A DNA stretch of 56,150 bases, counting the filler, from Trypethelium eluteriae (taxonomy: Eukaryota), in the NCBI GenBank assembly GCA_051942245.1. It is 2 parts of 2 records of this genome, joined end to end, with 100 filler letters (N's around TTAATTAATTAA, not from the genome) between each part and the next. Parts side by side here need not be neighbours in the genome. Positions count along the whole stretch, not along the records: positions 1 to 28,045 come from JAVECL010000318.1; positions 28,146 to 56,150 come from JAVECL010000319.1. One strand, written 5' to 3'. A program made the position numbers and the translations under genes. Position 1 is the first letter of the stretch; each line of letters starts with the position of its first letter. The notes under the pieces are model-generated. The model had not been told where the DNA came from, did not search any database, and saw only the letters and a program-made list of their open reading frames with translations. Below are positions 24,116 to 34,590 of this stretch, piece after piece.

Positions 24116-25269
24116 TCACTGGACCTTGCCCAATACGGAACTGTCACCCTTCTCGCGTGTCATAGGTCGGTCGTGGCTATGGTACACAAAAATGTCAACA
24201 GGGGTGTCATCATCAGGCAAAGCAACTGAAGAATGGCTGGCCTGCGTCAGATTGGCTGCAGAGAGCAGCTCGAAGAAGATGGCCTCGCTAGGATGTCGAG
24301 TCTTCATTGATATTATCACAATAGCTCTCGGTGATCTTGAGACAAGAGCTGCTATTGTCCTCACAAGGTCTTGCGCTGAATCTGGATTATACGTGCAGTC
24401 CGCGGCGACAATCATGTCCAAGGTTCTTTCGCGGACTCTGAGAGGAAGTTCAGCTTCCCAGTTCAAAGGTTGGAAGTGGACGGCAGAAGATATTGCTGGG
24501 TTCATGTTGGATATGTTTCGCGTGACGATCTCTTCCACCTCAGGCGTGTCGGTCAGTATTACCGAGCAATCGGGTATGGTTTGCGCCATGGCAATTCCAA
24601 CTATGCCGCATCCGCAACCCAATTCTAGGACATTTAGGCGTTTGTAGGTGGCAGATACTAAAGTACGCTCTAGTATGGGGAGATCCTTCTCTTGTAACGA
24701 TACCACGCGATCGAGAAAACCTGCAAGAACAACACCAGCATCCCTATTGAGATATAAGTTCTTTGTCGCAAGCGCAGGATTGCAGTATCATACCAGAGAT
24801 GACGGGCAATACTCTCACCCGTTTCCTCCCAAATGCTGATGATGCGGTCACTGAAGGGAGTGAACCGTCGCTCCACCATTCTTGGGGACTCTGAGTCGGC
24901 TCCTGCCTTCTGTATATCACCACTCCATGCTGAAATCACAGCCGGAGGAGCACCGGGGTGCTGGCTTTCGAAGTGATCGGAAAAGGGACTGTTCTTAGGG
25001 CCGATATGAACACGTAGGGGCCAATCGACATCAGAGTTGGTTATGTCAAAAGCAAGGGGTATAGACCGCATTCCCTGTGACCATGGAAGGGTTCTGCGCA
25101 GGAAAATATCACCATCAGGGTCGTGCGATCGTAGGGTGGCCGCAAGAGGAACATCTTGAGGATAGAAAGATTCACCAAGGTCGGTTGTGATGGTTATCAG
25201 ACATTTGACAAGGTTTCTATCGCCTTCTGAGTCCAAATAGGGTGGTTTCAGAAAGCGGACGTAATGCAT
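24116..25269 (-). CDS. Family-16 (METTL21-like) lysine methyltransferase, 2 exons (intron about 24745-24792)
   Basis: MHYVRFLKPP...ITITTDLGESF...IWEETGESIARHLW/DAG...VLELGCGCGIVGIA...LTD...LNWE...VAADCTYNPDS...MKTRHPSEAIFF. Confidence 0.88.
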
Positions 25270-25746
25270 TGCAAGATAAATCTCATTTTTCTCGATCGAA
25301 GATTGGACCGAGCAAAGTGTAAAGACTGGCAAACCCAGAGGAAAGCAAAGATCTTACCATCACCCATGATGTATGTGCCTACGATCCCCAGCAACGCGCT
25401 TCTCTGAAGGAGGTGCCTTAAGATCGCAAATGCTGATCATTACGGTCCGGGGCAACCGAATTACTAGAATGAGCGTGTGGGTACGGGATGCCCCTCGCAG
25501 GTCGTTCGTTGTGCCACGCCAAGCTGATGGGAACGTTCAGAAATCGTTGGCCCGACTCTTAGGCGTGCATTCCTAGCGTCAGGGTCTCCACAGACCCTGA
25601 AAAGCGGGACGACGCAGGGTGAGTGAGGTCATCTAACTTAACATCTTGGCATCTTCTTCGTCCTTCTCAGCTTTGTGGCTCCGCAGTCGGGGGCGGGGAC
25701 GGAGAAACATCCGAGCCGGGGATACTCCGCCAAATGTCCCCCGACA

Positions 25747-25785
25747 TCCCAGCACCAACCCCAGCACCAACCCCAGCATCCCAGC
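25747..25785 (+). repeat. Short tandem repeat (CCCAGCACCAAC-like units) upstream of the 25934 gene
   Basis: cccagcaccaac cccagcaccaac cccagcat cccagc. Confidence 0.7.
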
Positions 25786-25933
25786 CCGCCTCATCGATGT
25801 TTCGCATGCGGGCCTGATACGGAATACCACTGCTTATATCACATTTCTGGAACGCCATTGCCCATGGTCATGAGCAGACTCAACACTCTTGCTTGATCAA
25901 TGACCATCAATCTCTTCTCCTTCTCATCGACGA

Positions 25934-27325
25934 ATGAAGATGTATCGCCCAAGCGACCCCCGTGTAAGACGAACCTTGAATCAGCTATCCCAGAACCTCG
26001 AGTCCGCAAATGAATCCGCCCAGGCTAATCTCTACAATGTGACCCAAACCTACATCAGCCCTTGCCTTTCTTCCATCGCTTCTAGCCTGACCTACTGCGC
26101 TGAGTCTGCCTGCCCATGCATTCCCACCCTGAATCGAGATGAGCGCCTTCGGCAAAGGCGACGGCACAGACCGAGAGGAAGAGCAGAGGCAAGCTTTGAC
26201 TTTTACGATGACTGGGAGGAAGATGAGAATGATGGATTGCTAGGATGGGGTAGTGACGAATTGGATCGGCTATTGGCGGGAACTGGAAGCAGTCACACAG
26301 GACAACCTGGAAGGCAAAGGGCAATGAGCTATGGATCACGGAGGGATGGGGGACTCTATCCAGCAGGAAGAAGAAAGAGTGCAGTCCACCTGCACGATGG
26401 TGGACCGGATCCAACAATCATCCCAAACACGTCATTCCTAGGGTTCTTAGGACGATGGCCCTGGAAAGTAGGCAGTAAAGGCCTGAGATACAAACCATCC
26501 GCTGCGGATCTTCAAGAAAATCCTGGTCAATTGAAAAGAAATGACGCTGAAGCCGAACCTTTGATAGAAGAGTCTGAAGAGGGAGAAGTAGCGAGTCGGA
26601 AGAAAAGGCGAAAAAGAAGCGCGACGGCCGGTTCGGGCCATACGACCGACTCATATAGCTCTCGTGGCGATATATTTCCAAGCGATGAAGAGGATGACGC
26701 CGTTCCGCTGGACGATGAATTTGCGATGGTGCTAGAACGCCGGACAACTAGTCAAAGCAATCACGATGAAAGCAGCAGCGGCAAGACAAAAAAGTCTGGC
26801 AGACCCTCAAATTCACGGATATCCACAAGAACTACTTCGTCTAGGAGTACGCATACAAGCAGCAAAAAGAAGCTTCATCAAATCGCAAACACCAAGCACG
26901 CGGAATCTGATGCCAGTGTCGTGCCATCTCTAGCGGAGCTCAAACAAGAGGAGGAAATAGTGCGGCAGGAAGAAGAGGAAGACGTTGAAAGGCGGAGAGA
27001 AGTCGCCGAGAGACTTGCTTTACAGCGTGGCCTTGCTACTCCCGAGGAAGCCGACCTGAAATCACCGGCAGTGACCAGCGCCCTAACTTCTCCAGCTATG
27101 GAATCCACCGGGAGTCAAATCTTCTCTCCGGGCTCCACGGTGCCACCAACACCAGGCTCGAATGCGCCATCAATGACGGACGACGGGACAGCATCTCAGG
27201 AGCTAGCCGATGTTTCGAACCCAACGAGCCGTGGGGAGAATGCGTCCGAGCAGGGTGAAGGCGAAACATCCAGCACGGGATTTGTTCCTGCGCAGTTGCC
27301 GCATTTCCAGAGGGATAAGGGATAA
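25934..27325 (+). CDS. Hypothetical protein, largely low-complexity (463 aa)
   Basis: Long intronless ORF with conserved-looking blocks (FDFYDDW..LLGWGSDELDRLLAG, DPTIIP, LRYKPSAADLQE, SRGDIFPSDEEDDAVPLDDEFA) and an acidic coiled coil. Confidence 0.8.
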   Translation: MKMYRPSDPRVRRTLNQLSQNLESANESAQANLYNVTQTYISPCLSSIASSLTYCAESACPCIPTLNRDERLRQRRRHRPRGRAEASFDFYDDWEEDENDGLLGWGSDELDRLLAGTGSSHTGQPGRQRAMSYGSRRDGGLYPAGRRKSAVHLHDGGPDPTIIPNTSFLGFLGRWPWKVGSKGLRYKPSAADLQENPGQLKRNDAEAEPLIEESEEGEVASRKKRRKRSATAGSGHTTDSYSSRGDIFPSDEEDDAVPLDDEFAMVLERRTTSQSNHDESSSGKTKKSGRPSNSRISTRTTSSRSTHTSSKKKLHQIANTKHAESDASVVPSLAELKQEEEIVRQEEEEDVERRREVAERLALQRGLATPEEADLKSPAVTSALTSPAMESTGSQIFSPGSTVPPTPGSNAPSMTDDGTASQELADVSNPTSRGENASEQGEGETSSTGFVPAQLPHFQRDKG

Positions 27326-27583
27326 ATTCTAGGATCCCAATTTCCATCTTATCTTTATCCCATTCCCTCAGTTGGAAGGATCCGTCAATTCCAGTACCGC
27401 TCGGTTTTCGCAATATTCATTTGAAAATACGAACACTTTCCTTACGGCCTTCTATGCCCTGCCTTAGATGCTCTGCTGCAGCAGATTCGCTCAGATTCGT
27501 TACTATCCCGTCGGCATACCAGAGATGCTTGTATATTATCGGATAGGCTGGTCGACATCTTATAGATCCGCATTACCAAAACT

Positions 27584-28045
27584 TCACGTAACTTTTTTAA
27601 TTTCAACGGTACTGTGCCCGTCTTCTGCACGGATCAGTTCCTTGCTTTCGATACGCTTCTTCCACATATTCGACTCGCCTCGAGCTGTCATAATTGTCAT
27701 TCGTAAAATTGACGAATCTTCATCGGATGTTTCTTGCTCGTTGAGACGTGTGTACTTCCACCGCCCAAAGGCCCAGTTCAGAACATAGCGCTGCACACTA
27801 TTCTGCGAGGCTGCTTCTCCATCGACTTCCGTCTCCTGTCCATCTGAAGATCTCGGGCTCTGGCTCGTGAACAGCAACGCTTTTATGCGATATACCTCAT
27901 CCTTAGGCGCCTGCTCCAGCAACTGCTGCAGACGCACCACATCCACACCTGCCCGGTTGGTAGCTCCCTTCACCGTCACCGACAACACCTCAATCTCACT
28001 TTGATGATCATGCCGATGCCCATCCTCTCCCTCCCTCCCCTCCAC
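27584..28045 (-). CDS. CobW/COG0523-type metal-chaperone GTPase, C-terminal part (5' end lost in the assembly gap)
   Basis: His-rich HRHDHQSEIEVLSVT followed by APKDEVYRIKA and LNWAFGRW. The ORF runs into the N gap. Confidence 0.72.
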   Translation of the reverse strand: MEGREGEDGHRHDHQSEIEVLSVTVKGATNRAGVDVVRLQQLLEQAPKDEVYRIKALLFTSQSPRSSDGQETEVDGEAASQNSVQRYVLNWAFGRWKYTRLNEQETSDEDSSILRMTIMTARGESNMWKKRIESKELIRAEDGHSTVEIKKVT

Positions 28046-28145
28046 NNNNNNNNNNNNNNNNNNNNNNNNNNNNNNNNNNNNNNNNNNNNTTAATTAATTA
28101 ANNNNNNNNNNNNNNNNNNNNNNNNNNNNNNNNNNNNNNNNNNNN
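28046..28145. other. Artificial scaffold gap/linker: N44-TTAATTAATTAA-N44
   Basis: Exactly 100 nt, with a central palindrome that gives stop codons in all six frames. Confidence 0.95.
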
Positions 28146-28146
28146 G

Positions 28147-28267
28147 CTTCGGATCCTGTGATATGTCAGTTCGTCGTCATCCTATCTTCGGATTCCGTGA
28201 TATGTCAGTTCGTCGTCATTGTGATGCGGCAGTTGGTTGTCATCGTGATGCGGCAGTTTGTCGTCCT
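28147..28267 (+). repeat. Degenerate tandem repeat (39-nt and 24-nt units) at the contig edge
   Basis: cttcggat..gtgatatgtcagttcgtcgtcat occurs twice, followed by gtgatgcggcagtt.gt.gtc.t twice. Confidence 0.8.
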
Positions 28268-28403
28268 AGCTCAGTGAACAACATCAGGGTGGAAATGCCG
28301 CAGCATATGGAGGCACAAGCATAGTCAGTGGTACTGCGGCTACCGTCGATACATCTATGATGAGCGGCCAAGTAAAGGTCATGTTGGTACATATTGGGAA
28401 TGA

Positions 28404-30641
28404 ATGGCTGAATGGCACTTAACAGAAAGCAGGACGTCTCCCGCCGCATTTGTCATATTTAATTGGATCGGCATCTTTACCGGAACTCCTGTTCAGACAA
28501 GTTTAAGTGATTCATACGTCTGCTACACAGAGGAACTTATCACGGTTCAAGGTGAAACTACTGTGAATGGGATATCTACCTGGGAGGCCTATACAACAGC
28601 TTCTACTCCAGACCTTCCAGTTGTGAAATTCGCTGATCCTCACAATGCACCAATCACTATTGATCTTGATCCCCCATTCGTCTACGTTAATGATAGTTTT
28701 CAGACGAACTTTGGATATGTTGATGTAAGTCATTCTATAGCTGATCTTGGATCGATAATCAGTCATCGACTAACACATGCACGACAGATTCCACAAAGCA
28801 TGATTGATTACTTGGACTCACTGCCATCTGTAACAGGGGAATGGCCATACATTGCTTGCTGCTCTTTCGGCGGAGGAGAAGGCGCTCCAAGTGTCCATAT
28901 CGCGGTGAACGAATTAACGGATACGCAAAGAGCGACAGTCACTGTCGATCGTACCGCTCCTGGTATCCATACATTAACTCCAACGGTGATGCCTCCAACG
29001 CCAGCTCCGGCTCCAATGCCATCGCCTACAAATCAACCGCAGCCTGTGCCAGTGACGGAACCAGCGAGTAATCCTATATCTACGGCCGCTCCAGGTTTCA
29101 CTGCTCCTACGAACGAAGCCAAAACGCCTGCTGTTGTGAGTCATCCGGTTGTCATGAACCCTAGTCCCTCCCCAGCGCGACCGACACAAGACAACCCTGT
29201 CCAGCAGCTCCCATCCATTGACAACGGGAACAAACAGCCTAGCAGCGGTGGTGCAGAAGGCTCTGTAACGGGACTCCAGGGAATTAATGGTGGGGCATCA
29301 TCCAAGAACCAAAATAGTGCTGGCAGCGGTAATAGTGGCTTGACTGAAACTGATAGTGGCAACTCTGCAAGTGGTGCAAATAGCGCTAGCACATCTCCAG
29401 GTCAAGGATCACAGCAGGAAGAACCACGTATTGGACATTTCGGTAGTGTGGGGTCACAGGGAAGTAGTTCGGCCAGAAATACAGAGGCTGATAAGGACAA
29501 TGGTGGATCTCACTCAGCCGGACCTGATCGTCCCAACGAGAAGTATACAGCAAGTCAAAGTGGAGAAGACGGATCGAACAATGGAAACTTTGCATCTGAC
29601 ACTAATGCAAGAACTGAAGCTGCTAACAGATATTTGGACTTACTTGATACAGGTGGCGGCTCAGACGAGCTAGATTCAGGAACTAATTCGGCTCTTCCTA
29701 ATTCTCCGTCATTACCATCGAGCTCAGACTTGGACTGGGGTTCGGATTCATCTAGCGAAGAAAGCGAGGCTAGTGCAAGCCCAACTCTAAATGATGTCCT
29801 GTTGAGCGCTGCACTCGGTTCCAACGTGATTTTACCCGTCGGAAGTAGTAGGCATATCTCAGCTCTGGTTGCCCCTTCTGGCGGTATCATTCTTCCAAAC
29901 TCCCAAACGCTTGTCGCTGGGCACGCTACAACGTATGATGGTGTTTCGATCTTCCTTCCCCCAAATCAGGGTGGTGCTACCGCTCCGTCGGAAGTCATCA
30001 TCGGCAGCAATTTTGAGGCGCCTGGAGTACCTCTCGCCGCAACTGGAGCTACAACGCCTTCTCCCACATTTGACATCAATGGACAGCATATGCCAATCTC
30101 GTGGATTCTATCGGGCGGCGGGATCATCTTGCCCAATGGACAGACGCTCTCTGCTGGTTACTCCACTAACATCAATGATGTCCCTCTATCCCTTGCACCA
30201 GATGGGAATGCACTCGTAGAAGGCAGCTTAGCCATTTCGCTCAGCGCACCCACAACAGAGGAGTCATTGACGATTGGCTCCAACGTTATGCCGATTTCGT
30301 ACGCACAGAGCAACGAGGGTATAATACTATTTAACAGCCAGATATTACATCCTGGCGAAGCAACAACTATTTCAGGGACCACGATATCATTGACGGCTGG
30401 TGAGACTGCCGTTGTGGTCAACGGAAAGACAGAAGCTTTAAATCCACCAGCAAGTACTACGGGCATAGGCGGCTACGTCGCGAGTGGGATTGGAGCGGGC
30501 AGAGGAAGCAACACTATTCTTAACGGAACTCCAGGAAGCACGGCGCAAGCTGCTGGATCTAAAGCGAAGAGCGACGGAGATAGGAACAATATTTGGATGG
30601 CGTTCGCTATATCCTTATTTGCAACTTTAATTATAGTATAA
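28404..30641 (+). CDS. Ser/Thr/Pro/Gly-rich cell-surface protein, probably GPI-anchored (5' end and introns unresolved)
   Basis: Cys-containing N-terminal block (LDSLPSVTGEWPYIACCSFGGGEGAPSVHIAVNELT), P/S/G-rich stalk, repeated GGIILPNxQTLxxG..TT..G..ISL units, GIGGYVASGIG and a hydrophobic C-terminal tail. Confidence 0.75.
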   Translation: MAEWHLTESRTSPAAFVIFNWIGIFTGTPVQTSLSDSYVCYTEELITVQGETTVNGISTWEAYTTASTPDLPVVKFADPHNAPITIDLDPPFVYVNDSFQTNFGYVDVSHSIADLGSIISHRLTHARQIPQSMIDYLDSLPSVTGEWPYIACCSFGGGEGAPSVHIAVNELTDTQRATVTVDRTAPGIHTLTPTVMPPTPAPAPMPSPTNQPQPVPVTEPASNPISTAAPGFTAPTNEAKTPAVVSHPVVMNPSPSPARPTQDNPVQQLPSIDNGNKQPSSGGAEGSVTGLQGINGGASSKNQNSAGSGNSGLTETDSGNSASGANSASTSPGQGSQQEEPRIGHFGSVGSQGSSSARNTEADKDNGGSHSAGPDRPNEKYTASQSGEDGSNNGNFASDTNARTEAANRYLDLLDTGGGSDELDSGTNSALPNSPSLPSSSDLDWGSDSSSEESEASASPTLNDVLLSAALGSNVILPVGSSRHISALVAPSGGIILPNSQTLVAGHATTYDGVSIFLPPNQGGATAPSEVIIGSNFEAPGVPLAATGATTPSPTFDINGQHMPISWILSGGGIILPNGQTLSAGYSTNINDVPLSLAPDGNALVEGSLAISLSAPTTEESLTIGSNVMPISYAQSNEGIILFNSQILHPGEATTISGTTISLTAGETAVVVNGKTEALNPPASTTGIGGYVASGIGAGRGSNTILNGTPGSTAQAAGSKAKSDGDRNNIWMAFAISLFATLIIV

Positions 30642-31139
30642 AAAATTGCTTCATTGTCGCGCTTGGATTTAGACATGGTTAGTATCCTATACTCGGACCT
30701 ACATGTCAGCAGGCCTGCCCACTTTCGAGCGCTGTGGATGTCAGGGGCGACCTTCCTAACGATGCAAATGGGTGGACGAGCACATTTAAAGTGAAGGATC
30801 GAAGGATTACTATGTTTTGTTCTTTAATCGAATTTATTAATCAGGTTCCAAGAATTGCCTGATCGTCTTCGAGTTCTTCTCCATGGCATTCAGGACCGCA
30901 AAAGTGCTACTAATTATGGCGTTCCTAGACCCGTTTAGAGTCATATTATCATAGATGAATGGGGCTTATTCCAAAAGAAAATAGCTGCATCTTTGTTCAC
31001 TAGGAAGCTGGTCTATCATTCCTCTTTACGCAGGCTGTCCTAATTGTACCAAACCAATCCGCTTCCGCGAATTCAAGAGCCATGATCATGCCGAGCTAAC
31101 CCCATTAACCTATGCCGAATTCCCATATCCCACATCGAT

Positions 31140-34061
31140 TCAAACTTGAAACTCATACTTTCCCACATCCTCTGCGGTCACGTCACTCACAACATCCACC
31201 CCAACCCACGGTCTAATCTTCGGGGCAATCCCCAATAGAGGCCCCTGTGGGAAGCACAACTTGATGAGATCCGGGCCAAAGCAACGCTTATAGCACCTAT
31301 TCTTCTGTGCCGTCCACGTTTTCCCTTTACCCTTCGTGAACTTCTCGAAATTCGCCATCCAGTCGTCCATCTCTAGCCAGGGCTTCAACTCTGCATGCCC
31401 ATTCTTGATCCATTCATCCAGCCCATAGGCTCCAGGAATCTTCTTGACAGCCGCTATCTCCTCGTTCTGGTCATCCTGATCGTCATCTCTCAACCGCTTT
31501 CCATGACCCCATGCCTGCCACAATACGCAGCCGCTGTGGCTGACCCCGATCACGAAGATGTGCCCGAAGGAGGTGTGGTATTTGTCCGCTTGCTGATTGC
31601 CTTTCTTGCTCAGCTCAAGGTGGTGGGTGTCAACAAGGAGAACGGACAGGAAGCTTGTGCGGTGGTTCGATAGAGCCTCGTGCTTTACATCGCGGTAGAC
31701 TTTGATAAGAGAGGTACTCGGGTGGTCCTTGGTTTTGGCCAGAACCTCCTCTGCGGTGGTAAACTTGAGGAGTTCAAGCCCGTCAGTCACACTGGTGTCG
31801 AGATTGGTATTGGGCTGAGAGGTGATTCTGGTGGCAAACAAAAGGGGAAAGATGGCGGCGTCGATGGGGTTGTCCCACTGCGTCAACTCGATGGCAACGT
31901 CGGAAGTGGGCAAGACCTCGATTTTGCCTTCGGCAGTAGTTTTGTGACATTGAGTTGCCGTGTCTATAGCCTGATAGAAATCAGAGGCGAGTTCGCTTCC
32001 GTGAGCGAACAACGCCGCTAGGGATTTCTTGGTCATTTCGAGAGGGTTCAATCGTGGCTTGCTAGAGATCACCCCAATCTCCTCGATGATAGAATTCATG
32101 TTTTCTTCTTTCAGTGAGAGACGTTGAGGCTTTGGAATCGATCGGTCCTCAACTGACAAGGCAGACTTCTGATCATCGCTGGCTTCTGCAACTCCACTGC
32201 ATGGCTCGGAGTTCTGGATGTTCGTTTTGCGGTTTTCGCTACCATCGTCGCCCGAAGTCGGAGAAGTAGAAACGTTGCCATCGTCGCCAGTAGTCGGAGA
32301 AGTAGAAACATTGCCATCTTCGCTTGTTCCATTGTCATTACCGCTGCTGCTGCTCGCGTCACGGAAATGTATCTTAGACTCGTGCTGTTCGGACGTATTG
32401 ATACTTGCTGCAGCAGGCTCTGGCAATCCATCGATCGGTTCGGAGTCAGCTTCGAAAGCCTTGGTAGGAGCGGAATCCTCGGTAGGAGCAGAATCCTCTA
32501 ATGGGACTTGTTGCTCGACTAACTGAGCTTCCTGTTCATTTTCGGGGCCAAGCACTGGCTGAGGGTCGTCGGTGACCTCTTCAGACCCTTTCTCTGTAAT
32601 CCCGTTGACGAGCGTTTGGTAAAATGGCCCAAAGCAAAGACCATCCCCATCCGGACGGTTCTGTGGCATTGTTGGATCCTTGAAAGATGTCTCTAGTTCA
32701 TCAGCATCGTTTACAGTTCCCGTCGATTCGTCATGAGTAAGCGCATGATAAGTTGGACCATAGGGTAAGTCATCCCTATTCGGGCGATGTTGCGGCATCG
32801 TTGGATCCGCGGGGGACTGCGACTTCGTGCCGTCACTCACATCTGCTGTCAACAGATCTTCACGGAGTTCGTCAGAGGAGGGGCCAGAGCAGGACTCATC
32901 CTTACTTGGGCAATCTTGTGGCAACGATGACTCAACTGCTGGCGATGATCTACGCTCCGAATTGTTGTCTTGTGATCCTCCGTGCTGTTCTCCATGCACG
33001 AGTGCGTAGTAAGTCGGTCCGTAGCAGAAGTCGTCCCTATTTGGACGGTTCTGGGGCATCGTTGGGTCTGTGGATGGTGAATCACAAAAGGTCAGTTGGG
33101 AACCGCCAGAAGGGAGCTGAGTCTCGATCTCCTCGGACGGCTCGTCGACTTCCTTCTTTGACGCTATGGCACTCGACTCGTCCATTGTTGTGACGCTCGT
33201 TTGCTCAACAACGTCTGCGGTGATAGCCGCGGGGATTGATTCATTTCCAGATTTAGCTTGAGTCTGAAGATCAACAGTCTGAGCTTCTGGCTCGGCGTCC
33301 GAGACTTCCATGTTATCTAGTGAAGGCTTGTCCACACTCTCGGTCACCACTTCAGCAGTCTGGACTTCTGGCTCAACGTGCGAGACTTCTGGGTCATCTG
33401 GTGAAGGCTGGTCCACACCCTCGGTGGCCACTTTAGCACCTTCAAGTTGAGGGCTTTCAAGTTGGCGGATACCATCCGGAGAAAGTTCACCGTCAGGGAC
33501 AGAGGGTTTAACTGTGGTCGATGGGGTCTCTATGGATATGTCGAGATCACGAAGCGGTGAGTCCGTGGCAGTATTAGGCACTCGAACGTTCGTAAAGTGA
33601 TCGGGGTCAAGCGTTACGACTTTAGCCGGGATGGTGAACTCCAGATTCCCTGAAGTACGTTCATGCTTTATGCCATCATCCTGTTCTGTAGAGTTGATGA
33701 AAGGATCTGAAGCACAGCGGTCGGATTGTGATCCCTTAGATAGTTTGACGGCTTCTGTTCCAGCTTGGAAGGCAGAATCATTCTTAGTACCACTGTCATT
33801 TGAGTCAGGCGGCGAGTCTGGAGATTTAGGGCCACCAGGGGTACGAGGTGGACGTCTAATCAGCTGCTGTTCGAAGTGGTCAAATCGCTTTTCCATATTG
33901 TGCTTAATGTCGGAGATGCGGTCTTGCGTCGAAAGAAGAATTAGTTTCTCCAAGCGATCGAACCTCTGATTCATAACACATTCAAGGTCCGAGACTTGTT
34001 TCTGCATCGAAAGGAATAGCTGTTCGATGCTAGACTCAGGGATGTGCATAGCCGTAGCCAT
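31140..34061 (-). CDS. Large acidic repeat-containing protein with N-terminal coiled coil and a globular C-terminal domain of unknown function
   Basis: 973-aa intronless ORF with internal repeats and an ordered C-terminal region of about 300 aa. Confidence 0.8.
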   Translation of the reverse strand: MATAMHIPESSIEQLFLSMQKQVSDLECVMNQRFDRLEKLILLSTQDRISDIKHNMEKRFDHFEQQLIRRPPRTPGGPKSPDSPPDSNDSGTKNDSAFQAGTEAVKLSKGSQSDRCASDPFINSTEQDDGIKHERTSGNLEFTIPAKVVTLDPDHFTNVRVPNTATDSPLRDLDISIETPSTTVKPSVPDGELSPDGIRQLESPQLEGAKVATEGVDQPSPDDPEVSHVEPEVQTAEVVTESVDKPSLDNMEVSDAEPEAQTVDLQTQAKSGNESIPAAITADVVEQTSVTTMDESSAIASKKEVDEPSEEIETQLPSGGSQLTFCDSPSTDPTMPQNRPNRDDFCYGPTYYALVHGEQHGGSQDNNSERRSSPAVESSLPQDCPSKDESCSGPSSDELREDLLTADVSDGTKSQSPADPTMPQHRPNRDDLPYGPTYHALTHDESTGTVNDADELETSFKDPTMPQNRPDGDGLCFGPFYQTLVNGITEKGSEEVTDDPQPVLGPENEQEAQLVEQQVPLEDSAPTEDSAPTKAFEADSEPIDGLPEPAAASINTSEQHESKIHFRDASSSSGNDNGTSEDGNVSTSPTTGDDGNVSTSPTSGDDGSENRKTNIQNSEPCSGVAEASDDQKSALSVEDRSIPKPQRLSLKEENMNSIIEEIGVISSKPRLNPLEMTKKSLAALFAHGSELASDFYQAIDTATQCHKTTAEGKIEVLPTSDVAIELTQWDNPIDAAIFPLLFATRITSQPNTNLDTSVTDGLELLKFTTAEEVLAKTKDHPSTSLIKVYRDVKHEALSNHRTSFLSVLLVDTHHLELSKKGNQQADKYHTSFGHIFVIGVSHSGCVLWQAWGHGKRLRDDDQDDQNEEIAAVKKIPGAYGLDEWIKNGHAELKPWLEMDDWMANFEKFTKGKGKTWTAQKNRCYKRCFGPDLIKLCFPQGPLLGIAPKIRPWVGVDVVSDVTAEDVGKYEFQV

Positions 34062-34590
34062 CACGATCTGTTGGGAGTTCAGGTTGTTGTTGTGTGTAAA
34101 GATAAATCAAAAGCAGGGCTATGAGAGTAGCAACAGGATGTTGATCAATGAATCTCTCGAAGTGTAGTCCGAAGTTAGGTTATGGGGGAAGAAGGAGAGC
34201 GCGCTTTATACTTGGAGGACGCGTTGTTGTGAGGGATAATTCTGCCTAGGAAACTGTAGCGTCACAAACAAATGAGTGATGGTGACAATGGAAAAACGAA
34301 GAAGCTTACGAAGTTTTGTGAGGCGTAGTGATAGACAAACTACAACAGGGCCATTGATCACAGGTGTTTGACCACTCACGCGAACGCAGCAAAGCTGCCT
34401 CACAGATAGACGCGTCAAGCCGAGCAGACGGAGCGGTTATGCGCGATAGAGTTCTGTCGAGCTGACTCAAAGAAATCTCCTACCGCGATCTAAGTTTGTC
34501 TATTTTCACACATCGAAGAAAGACAGCAGAAAGCACAATGACTGCTACAACCGACAAAAGTATCGTCGTCACGTCCTTTTCAGAAGATAG

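Noticed and set aside
25579..25600. Perfect 9-bp inverted repeat TCAGGGTCT-ccac-AGACCCTGA in a divergent promoter
   Set aside because: It might be a binding site or hairpin, but one short inverted repeat in 56 kb is compatible with chance and nothing supports it.
28090..28101. Palindrome TTAATTAATTAA
   Set aside because: It is centred between two runs of 44 N and is an assembly linker, not biology.
28147..28267. Repeat array as a CRISPR-like locus
   Set aside because: Eukaryotic context, degenerate adjacent units with no unique spacers, and no cas genes.
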